From: Sphingomonadaceae bacterium
Lineage (GTDB): Bacteria > Chloroflexota > UBA6077
Assembly: GCA_050261575.1 (NCBI GenBank)
Contig: JBLNDL010000057.1
Coordinates: 1-64,000 of the forward strand
Length of the DNA: 64,000 bases
Reading direction: 5' to 3'
A program made the position numbers and the translations under genes. Below are positions 56,492 to 64,000 of the stretch, piece by piece (position 1 is the stretch's first letter; every line of letters starts with the position of its first letter). The notes beneath the pieces are model-generated. The model did no database searches and was not told the origin of the DNA. It saw nothing but the letters and a program-made list of their open reading frames with translations.

Positions 56492-58105
56492 ATGAGCCCC
56501 AACGTGGCCCTGGTGAGCATTGTAGGCGGTGTTTGCCTGCTTCTATACGGAATGAACATCGCCGGAGACGCCCTGCAAAGGGTGGCAGGCCACAAGCTGC
56601 GCCACCTGCTCTTCGCCCTGGGCAAGAGCCCCCTGGCCGCAGTCGGCACCGGCGCCGCCGTGGCGGTACTCCTGCAGAGCAGCACCGCCACCACGGTCAT
56701 GCTGGTAGGCTTCGCCAGGTCGGGCGTCCTGCAGATGGAGCAGACCATCGGGCTGATCCTGGGGGCGGATATCGGCACTACCCTCACCGTGCAGCTCCTG
56801 GCCTTCCGCATCTACGACTACGCCCTCTTGCCCGTCGCCATCGGCGCGGGCCTGCTGCTCTCCTCGCGGCGCCAGTCTCCACGGGACCTCGGCCGGGCGA
56901 TCCTCGGCTTCGGGTTGGTGTTTCTGGCTCTGAGGATCATTCTGGAATCCATGGCCCCGATAGGCAAGAACCCCCTGGTAGGAGAACTCTTCGCCAGCCT
57001 CGGCGAAGCCCCCCTGCTTGCCCTCCTCCTGGGCGCTGTTTTCGCCGCGGTGACCACAAGCAGCGCCGCGACCGTCGCCATCGTCCTGATCCTGGCGGCC
57101 GACGGACTGGTTCCCATGCGTGCCGCGGTGCCGCTGGTGCTGGGAGCCAATGTCGGGACCGGGATTCCTGCCTTCATCTCCAGCCTCGGGGCGAACCAGG
57201 AGGCGAGGCGGGTCGCCATCGCCCACCTTCTCTTCAAGGTGATCGGCGCCGTCCTAATCCTCCCATTCGCCGATGCCTGCGCCACCCTGATCGGCTTCAC
57301 GGCAACAGATCCGGCACGCCAGGTCGCCAACGCCCACACGGCGTTCAACGTGGCGCTCGCGGCCTTGTTGCTTCCATTCTCCGGTCGCCTCGCCCGACTG
57401 GTGTGCTGGCTCGCCCCAAACAGGAGTACCGAGGACGGCTTCAAACCGAAGTACCTCGACGAATACGTGCTGGAGTCCCCTCCCCTTGCCCTGAGCCAAG
57501 CTACGAGGGAGGTCCTGCGAATGGCCGATCTCGTCCAGGACATGTTCCGAGACTGTCTCACGGTGATCCGGAACAACGACGAGGTACTGCTGGAGCAAGT
57601 GGAGCAGCGCGAGGATCAAGTGGACTTCCTGGAGGAGACCATCAAGGGCTACCTGACGAAACTCTCCCAGCAGACCCTAACCGAGGAACAGTCCAAACGG
57701 GAGATCGGCCTCCTCTACGTCATCAACGACCTGGAGCACATCGGCGACATCATCGACAAGAGCATGATGCAGCTTGCCCGAAAGAAGGTGGAGGCACAGC
57801 TCCACTTCTCGCCCGGAGGCATGGCAGAGGTGGAGGAGCTGCACCGCCAGGTTGCCGACAACCTCCGCTCCGTGCTGACGGCCATCGCGACGCGGGACGT
57901 AGAATTGGCACAGAAGGTGCTCCACCAGAAGGCCATCATCAACAAGGCGGAGCGCGAGCTGCGTCAGGCGCACATCCAGCGCCTGCACGCGGGGTCCAAG
58001 GAGAGCATTCTCACCAGCTCCATTCATATGGATGTCCTTAACGACCTCAAGCGGATAAACTCCCACGCCACGAACATGGCCTTCGTGGTACTGGGAGAGC
58101 TGTAG
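56492..58105 (+). CDS. Na+/Pi cotransporter family protein with PhoU-like C-terminus
   Basis: QSSTAT, GADIGTT, GANVGT, DLEHIGD. Confidence 0.92.
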   Translation: MSPNVALVSIVGGVCLLLYGMNIAGDALQRVAGHKLRHLLFALGKSPLAAVGTGAAVAVLLQSSTATTVMLVGFARSGVLQMEQTIGLILGADIGTTLTVQLLAFRIYDYALLPVAIGAGLLLSSRRQSPRDLGRAILGFGLVFLALRIILESMAPIGKNPLVGELFASLGEAPLLALLLGAVFAAVTTSSAATVAIVLILAADGLVPMRAAVPLVLGANVGTGIPAFISSLGANQEARRVAIAHLLFKVIGAVLILPFADACATLIGFTATDPARQVANAHTAFNVALAALLLPFSGRLARLVCWLAPNRSTEDGFKPKYLDEYVLESPPLALSQATREVLRMADLVQDMFRDCLTVIRNNDEVLLEQVEQREDQVDFLEETIKGYLTKLSQQTLTEEQSKREIGLLYVINDLEHIGDIIDKSMMQLARKKVEAQLHFSPGGMAEVEELHRQVADNLRSVLTAIATRDVELAQKVLHQKAIINKAERELRQAHIQRLHAGSKESILTSSIHMDVLNDLKRINSHATNMAFVVLGEL

Positions 58106-58123
58106 ATAGGGAGAGATCGGTCG

Positions 58124-59236
58124 ATGAAGCTGCGGGTTGCAGTCATCTTCGGCGGACGATCCGGCGAGCACGAGGTATCGCTGGCCTCCGCCACGTCGGT
58201 CATACAGAACCTGGATCCCGCCAGGTACGAGGTGGTCCCCATCGGAATCACCAAGAAGGGGGACTGGCTGCTGGACGGCGACCCGCTGAAGGCCCTCAAG
58301 GCGGGATACTCCCCGGCGGGCCAGGAGCCCGCGCTGCTCAGCCCCGCCCCCGCACCCGATAGGGCGGTGGTCTCGAGCGGGTCGGGCACGGGGCTCGGCC
58401 AGACGCGGCTGGCGGTGGACGTCGTCTTTCCGGTGCTGCACGGCCCCTACGGTGAGGATGGGACGGTGCAGGGGCTGCTGGAGATGGCCGGAGTACCCTA
58501 CGTGGGGGCGGGCGTGCTCGCCTCTGCCGCTGGAATGGACAAGCCAACCATGAAGGCCCTCTTCCAGCAGAGGGGACTCCCCATCGTCGAGCACCTGGTC
58601 CTGCTGCGCAAACAGTGGGAGTCGGACCCCACGGGCGTGATGGATTGGATCGAGGAATCGCTGGGCTACCCCTGCTTCACCAAGCCCGCCAACCTGGGCT
58701 CCAGTGTGGGCATCTCAAAAGCCTCCAACCGGACCCAACTGGCCGAGGCCCTCGCCCTTGCGGCAAGGTACGACCGGAAGCTGGTCGTGGAGCGGGGCAT
58801 CGATGCTCGCGAAATCGAGTGCAGCGTACTGGGCAACGACGACCCCGTGGCCTCCGTCCCCGGGGAGATAGTCCCCTGCAACGAGTTCTACGACTATCGG
58901 GCCAAGTACGTGGACGACGGTTCCCAACTGCTGATCCCCGCTCCAGTCGACCCGGAAGTGACAGAGGAGATTCGCCGCGTCGCGGTGGAGGCGTTCAAGG
59001 CCGTCGACTGCTCCGGCATGGCCAGAGTGGACCTCTTCCTGGAGAAGGGGTCGGGGAAGGTGTTCGTCAACGAGATCAACACCATCCCCGGGTTCACCAA
59101 GATCAGCATGTACCCGAAGCTGTGGGAGGCGAGCGGGCTTCCCTTCCCGCGGCTGCTCGACCGTCTCATCGAGCTGGCGCTGGAACGCCATGCGGAGAAG
59201 ATGCAGAACGAGACCTCCTACGAGGTGAGCTCCTAA
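58124..59236 (+). CDS. ddl: D-alanine--D-alanine ligase
   Basis: GGRSGEHEVS, LHGPYGEDG, GSSVG, NEINTIPG. Confidence 0.97.
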   Translation: MKLRVAVIFGGRSGEHEVSLASATSVIQNLDPARYEVVPIGITKKGDWLLDGDPLKALKAGYSPAGQEPALLSPAPAPDRAVVSSGSGTGLGQTRLAVDVVFPVLHGPYGEDGTVQGLLEMAGVPYVGAGVLASAAGMDKPTMKALFQQRGLPIVEHLVLLRKQWESDPTGVMDWIEESLGYPCFTKPANLGSSVGISKASNRTQLAEALALAARYDRKLVVERGIDAREIECSVLGNDDPVASVPGEIVPCNEFYDYRAKYVDDGSQLLIPAPVDPEVTEEIRRVAVEAFKAVDCSGMARVDLFLEKGSGKVFVNEINTIPGFTKISMYPKLWEASGLPFPRLLDRLIELALERHAEKMQNETSYEVSS

Positions 59237-59357
59237 GCAGGTAACTCCGGTTCACGTCAGCTTCTCTCGCGGGAAACGCGTACTCTGTCAGAGATACCTG
59301 GTTGGGGACGTGTGGCGCCGTCGGCCCCAACGCCCTTCGGACCCGTAGGCAGCACCC

Positions 59358-60149
59358 ATGGACGACATCGAGACCATCCTGCAAAGGGAATACCCACTGG
59401 TCCGGCCCTACTCTCGCTACGCCGGACTCTACGATGACCTGGGGCAGAGCAACTTCAGCCGAATCATGCTGCTCCTGGCCGAGAGGGCCGTCCAGCGCCA
59501 TCTGCCGGCCTGCCACGACGTCCTCGATCTAGCCTGCGGCACCGGAACCGCGGCCATCCTCCTCGCTCAAAGGGGCTACAGGGTTACGGGTGTCGATCGC
59601 TCGGGGTCGATGCTGGAGATCGCCAGGAGAAAGGCGCTGAGCGCCGGGGCCGAGGTGGACTTCCTGGAGCAGGACATGACCCGCCTGCAGATGGAACGAT
59701 CCTTCGATCTCGCCATCTGTTTCTACGACAGCCTGAACTACCTGCTGGTTCTTCGAGATCTGGAGTTGGCCTTCCAGAACGTGGCCGGGTTGCTGAAGCA
59801 CGGCGGGATCTTCGTCTTCGACATGAACACCGAGCACTGCCTTGCCCACGACTGGGGCAACCAGGTGGTGGAGGAGCGCTGCCCCTCCGCCCTGCTGATC
59901 CACCAGTACAGCTACGACCCCGGCACCAGGATAGGCACCCTCGAAATCCTTTGTCTGGTCAACGGGGAGGGGCAGGTCGAGAAGTTCCGAGAGATCCATC
60001 GCGAGCGGGGATACACCAGGGATGAGGTAGCCGGGGCGCTGCGGCGCGCAGGGCTGAGCGTGTTGGAGCAGATGGCCATCCCCGACCTGACCCCCCCCGA
60101 CGACACCGCATCCCGACTGGCTTGGGTAGTGCGAAGGCCGTACAGATAG
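59358..60149 (+). CDS. Class I SAM-dependent methyltransferase
   Basis: LDLACGTG, DSLNYL, GGIFVFD. Confidence 0.9.
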   Translation: MDDIETILQREYPLVRPYSRYAGLYDDLGQSNFSRIMLLLAERAVQRHLPACHDVLDLACGTGTAAILLAQRGYRVTGVDRSGSMLEIARRKALSAGAEVDFLEQDMTRLQMERSFDLAICFYDSLNYLLVLRDLELAFQNVAGLLKHGGIFVFDMNTEHCLAHDWGNQVVEERCPSALLIHQYSYDPGTRIGTLEILCLVNGEGQVEKFREIHRERGYTRDEVAGALRRAGLSVLEQMAIPDLTPPDDTASRLAWVVRRPYR

Positions 60150-60175
60150 GACAATCCCAACTCCTGTGAGGATGG

Positions 60176-61252
60176 ATGGCAGTCATGCGCGTGCTATTGG
60201 CCGGCGGAGGCTCAGGCGGCTCCTCCGCCCCGGTTCTGGCCGTGGCCCAGGAGCTGCGGCGTCGTAAACCTTGTGAGTTTCTCTACGTTGGGACGGCCAC
60301 GGGGCCCGAACGGGAGCTGGTGGCCTCCCTCGGCATTCCGTTCCGCAGCGTCCGAACCGGGAAGCTGCGCCGGTACTGGTCGGCGCAAAACCTGCTGGAT
60401 CTCTTCCGGATCCCGATGGGATTGGCTGAGTCACTCGCCATCGCGCGCGCGTTCCGCCCCGACGTGGCCTTTGCCGCCGGGGGCTTCGCAGCGGTGCCCC
60501 CACTCCTCGCGGCCAGGCTCCTGGGAAAGCCGGCGGTCATCCACCAACAGGACGTCCTGCCGGGGTTGGCGAACCGGATTCTGGCGCCCTTCGCCGCCAG
60601 GGTGACGGTCACCTTCCCGCCATCCCTCGGCCACTTCCCGCGCTCCAAGAGCTGCCTCACCGGCAACCCCGTGCGTAGAGAGATCCTGGAGGGCGATCCC
60701 CAGGAGGCGAGGAGGATCTTTGGGCTCTCGGATCGCCTTCCCGTGTTGCTAGTCACAGGAGGGGGAACAGGCGCCCTCGGCCTCAACAGGCTGGTCGCGG
60801 AGGCAGCAGCGAGCCTGGTGGAATGCTGCCAGGTCATCCACATCACAGGGCGAGGCAAAGGGGTCGAAACGCCGGACCTCGGCCCCGCCTACCGGCAGGT
60901 GGAGTTCCTGACCTCGGAGATGGCCCACGTCCTGGCCATCGCCGATCTGGTCATCAGCAGGGCAGGCCTCTCCACCCTGACAGAGTTGGCAGCGTTGGGC
61001 AAACCGAGCCTGCTGATACCGATGCCCCACTCCCATCAGGGCGCAAACGCAATGGCCTTCGCTGATGGGGGTGCCGCTCTGGTGTTCCAGGAGGAAGAGC
61101 TGACACCGAAGCGTCTGGCGGAGGAGATTCGAGCCCTGCTGCAAGACGAGCGACGGCTGGCCGAGCTGGGCGAGCGCGCCCGCTCGCTGATGCCGGCGGG
61201 GGCTGAGGCGAGGATCGCCGACGTGATCGAGAAGGTGGCCCGCGGGACATAG
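60176..61252 (+). CDS. murG: MurG glycosyltransferase
   Basis: GGGSGG, GKLRRY, GGF, PGLAN, TGNPVR, SRAG, HQ..NA. Confidence 0.9.
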   Translation: MAVMRVLLAGGGSGGSSAPVLAVAQELRRRKPCEFLYVGTATGPERELVASLGIPFRSVRTGKLRRYWSAQNLLDLFRIPMGLAESLAIARAFRPDVAFAAGGFAAVPPLLAARLLGKPAVIHQQDVLPGLANRILAPFAARVTVTFPPSLGHFPRSKSCLTGNPVRREILEGDPQEARRIFGLSDRLPVLLVTGGGTGALGLNRLVAEAAASLVECCQVIHITGRGKGVETPDLGPAYRQVEFLTSEMAHVLAIADLVISRAGLSTLTELAALGKPSLLIPMPHSHQGANAMAFADGGAALVFQEEELTPKRLAEEIRALLQDERRLAELGERARSLMPAGAEARIADVIEKVARGT

Positions 61253-61297
61253 AGAAGGGGCCGCGATCCTTCAGGCAGCCCCTTCCGTGCGGTGCCG

Positions 61298-62320
61298 CTA
61301 CACCCCGACGCCAGCCCAGGCGAGGACCCCCTGGGTCACGACGAAAACCTCGAAGAGGAGCCAGGCCAGGGCCGCCGTGGCCGGGATGGTCAACACCCAG
61401 GCCATCATCATGTCCCCGGCAACCCCCCATCGCACCGCGGAGAGCCGCTGCGACGCGCCAACTCCCATGATGCTCCCCGAAATCACGTGGGTGGTGCTCA
61501 CCGGCAACCCCACGTGGCTAGCCATCTGGATCACCGTGGCCGCGGCCGACTCTGCCGCGAAGCCGTGGATCGGCTCCAGTTTGATGATCTTGTGCCCCAT
61601 GGTCTTGATGATCCTCCAGCCTCCGGCCGAGGTGCCGGCGGCCATCGCCATGGCGGCGGTCAGCATCACCCAAAACGGCACGTGGAAGTCGCTGATCAAT
61701 CCGTTGCTGAACAGTGCCATGGTGATGATGCCCATCGTCTTCTGGGCGTCGTTGGAGCCGTGGCTGAAGGACATCAGCGCTGAGGAGAGGAGTTGCAGAC
61801 GGCGGAAATGGACGTTCACGGTGTGGGGACTCTGTCGGAACACCAGCCAAAGAAGACCTATCATCAGCAGGAAGCCGAAGACCAGACCGATCACCGGCGA
61901 CGTCACCAGCGTGAGTACGATCTTTTCCAGGCCGACCCTGTTCAGGGCACCGGTGCCCTGGTAGGCGACCGCCCCGCCCACGAGACCGCCGATCAGGGCA
62001 TGGGAGGAACTGCTGGGAAGCCCGAAATACCAGGTCAAGAGGTTCCAGATGATGGCGCTGGCCAGCGCCACGATGATCACCGCCTGCGTGGAGGCGCTCG
62101 GATCGATGATGCCCTTCCCCACCGTGGTGGCCACCGCCGTCCCAGACAGAGCGCCGAGGAAGTTGAGCCCTGCGGCCATGAAGATGGCCTGGCGCGGCGT
62201 CAGCACCCGCGTTGCGACCACCGTGGCAATGGCGTTGGCCGTATCGTGGAAACCGTTGATGAAATCGAAGGCGACTGCCAGAAGCAGCACCACTCCCAGG
62301 ACGATGAACCACTCAGGCAT
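61298..62320 (-). CDS. pit: Inorganic phosphate transporter, PiT family
   Basis: NGFHDTAN, PSSSSHA, HGSNDAQK, PVSTTH. Confidence 0.95.
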   Translation of the reverse strand: MPEWFIVLGVVLLLAVAFDFINGFHDTANAIATVVATRVLTPRQAIFMAAGLNFLGALSGTAVATTVGKGIIDPSASTQAVIIVALASAIIWNLLTWYFGLPSSSSHALIGGLVGGAVAYQGTGALNRVGLEKIVLTLVTSPVIGLVFGFLLMIGLLWLVFRQSPHTVNVHFRRLQLLSSALMSFSHGSNDAQKTMGIITMALFSNGLISDFHVPFWVMLTAAMAMAAGTSAGGWRIIKTMGHKIIKLEPIHGFAAESAAATVIQMASHVGLPVSTTHVISGSIMGVGASQRLSAVRWGVAGDMMMAWVLTIPATAALAWLLFEVFVVTQGVLAWAGVGV

Positions 62321-62942
62321 ACTTCAACACAATCGTCTGGAGCACGTCCGCCACGTCTTCGCAGCAGTCCGTGGCCTTCTCCAGCAATTCGTAGATTTCC
62401 TTCCACTTGATGATCTTGATCACGTCGCTCTCTTCCCGGAACAGGGATGCGAGCACCTGTCGCCGCACCTCGTCGGCCTCGTTTTCCAGACGGTTGATCT
62501 CCACGCAGTAGACCAGCATCTCCCGAATGTTGCGGCGGCTGCGCAGCACGGCGACCGCCTGGTAGAGCTGCTCGGCGGAATCGACGATGATATCCGTCAG
62601 CAGCTTCGCCTGATCGGTTGGGCGGTCCACTCCGTACAGCACCATGGTATCCGCGGCGGCGTCCATCTGGTCCAGCACCGAGTCCATGGCCGCAGCCAAG
62701 GCGTGGATGTCCTCCCGATCCAACGGGGTGACGAAGGTCCTGTTCAGCTCCGCGAACAGATCGTGGGTTATCCGATCCCCCTCGTGCTCCAGGCTCTCCA
62801 GCTTCTTGACCAGGCGGGGGGCCTGGTCGTATCTGTCCATCAACTCGCGGAGAAGCTTCGCCCCCGCAAGAAGGTTCTTGGCATCCTCCTCGAACAGCTC
62901 GAAGAACCTCTGAGACTGAGGAACGAGTCCCAGTCTTGCCAC
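62313..62942 (-). CDS. DUF47 phosphate transport regulator
   Basis: EHEGD..TFVTPLDREDI..ENEAD..EDVAD. Confidence 0.92.
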   Translation of the reverse strand: MARLGLVPQSQRFFELFEEDAKNLLAGAKLLRELMDRYDQAPRLVKKLESLEHEGDRITHDLFAELNRTFVTPLDREDIHALAAAMDSVLDQMDAAADTMVLYGVDRPTDQAKLLTDIIVDSAEQLYQAVAVLRSRRNIREMLVYCVEINRLENEADEVRRQVLASLFREESDVIKIIKWKEIYELLEKATDCCEDVADVLQTIVLKYA

Positions 62943-63101
62943 GTATTCGCTCCTTTCATAATCGCTGAGTGCAGGGCAGGGGTTCATCCCCTGCAGCATG
63001 GCGCCTCCCGGCGAGGGGGCGGCGGGGGACGAGCCCCCGACCTACGCCATGTCACCGGCGGGGGCGCAGCACTCTGCCCGCTCGCGTTACGAGCCCCCGA
63101 C

Positions 63102-64000
63102 CTACTCCTCTAGAATCACATCCAGGTTTCCCGCGTTGCGCACGTCGACCTGCACCTTCCCGCTATCCCTCACGAAGGCCAGGTCCAACAGGCTACCGCC
63201 TACCCGCAGCCTCCGCAGGGTCAGGCGGTTGAGCCAGGAGGGCAAAACCGGCTTCACGTAGAGCACCGCTCGGGTCGCATCGGGCCGCAAACCGAGCGTC
63301 TGCTGAAGCATCAGGAACACCGAAGCTGCGGACCACGCCTGCGGGCTGCACGACACCGGGTATTGGGCGGGCATCGAGTAGTAGTGCCGGTCGCGGTCGA
63401 ACCCGCAGTACAGCTCGGGCAGCCGGTACCCGTCAAACCTCAAGCCCGCCTCGTACACCTCGGTGAACAGGCGGGCCGCCTCCTGCTCGTAGCCGTACCT
63501 CCTCAGCCCCGCCATGATCAGCGAGTTATCGTGCGGCCACACCGAGCCGTTGTGGTAGCTCATCGGGTTGAAATTGGGCTCGAGGCTGCTCATGGTCCGT
63601 ATGCCCCAGCCGGACAGCATGTCCGCCGCCATCAGCCGCTTCACCACCAGAGACGCCTTGTCCACAGAAAGGACACCAGACCAGAGACAATGCCCGGGAT
63701 TGGATGTTACCACGGGAACGGCTCTTCCGCCTACGTCGAGGGCCTGAGCGAGATACTGTTCTTCCTCCAGCCAGAACCGCTCCTCGAACCGCGCCTTGAG
63801 AGCCGCCGCCTCGGCCAGCAACTCCTCCGCACGGCTAGCCTCCCCCAATCCTGCCAGCAGCTCCGCCACCCTCACCCGGGCATCGTAGGCATACCCCTGC
63901 ACCTCCACCAGGGCTATGGGGGGCTCCACTGGCGTCCCGTCGCGCCAGCACACCGAGTTGGCGGAGTCCTTCCAACCCTGGTTCCTGATACCCCGCTCGG
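63102..64000 (-). CDS. Amylo-alpha-1,6-glucosidase / glycogen debranching enzyme, C-terminal part (runs off window)
   Basis: NQGWKDS, EVQGY, YHNGSVWPHDN, LPELYCG, CSPQAW. Confidence 0.92.
   Translation of the reverse strand, partial: ERGIRNQGWKDSANSVCWRDGTPVEPPIALVEVQGYAYDARVRVAELLAGLGEASRAEELLAEAAALKARFEERFWLEEEQYLAQALDVGGRAVPVVTSNPGHCLWSGVLSVDKASLVVKRLMAADMLSGWGIRTMSSLEPNFNPMSYHNGSVWPHDNSLIMAGLRRYGYEQEAARLFTEVYEAGLRFDGYRLPELYCGFDRDRHYYSMPAQYPVSCSPQAWSAASVFLMLQQTLGLRPDATRAVLYVKPVLPSWLNRLTLRRLRVGGSLLDLAFVRDSGKVQVDVRNAGNLDVILEE

Overview
High-GC bacterial window, probably Chloroflexota-like (inferred from gene content and a GAAC-N4-GTGC SOS box at recA). Positions 1-~36,330 are a siphovirus-type prophage integrated at the 3' end of tRNA-Leu(UAA). 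From right to left it carries an integrase, cargo genes, an ImmA/dual-HTH repressor/Cro switch, recombination and replication genes (initiator with iterons, DnaB), a ParB-methyltransferase, terminases, portal, a giant MuF protein, head genes, holins and tail genes. Positions ~36,420-64,000 are host DNA: two 2-oxoacid:ferredoxin oxidoreductase operons with an acyl-CoA synthetase, GntR, MFS and hydroxyacid dehydrogenase, then recX, recA, a CinA-C protein, rimO, rodZ, a Na/Pi transporter, ddl, murG, pit/DUF47 and a partial glycogen debranching enzyme. The strongest finding is a 320-aa intein (13445-14404, minus strand) in the MuF HPxCRC motif whose putative homing endonuclease is not part of the intein protein. 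It is encoded on the opposite strand (13505-14401, plus), codon-for-codon in register, with its own Shine-Dalgarno inside intein block F and its stop codon at intein codon 2. Second, a promoter- and terminator-bounded cloverleaf-like small RNA (9329-9434) converges on a RelE/PBECR-like nuclease gene downstream of the MuF-kinase-ART-like polyprotein. All family calls come from motif recognition by eye; no database searches were run.
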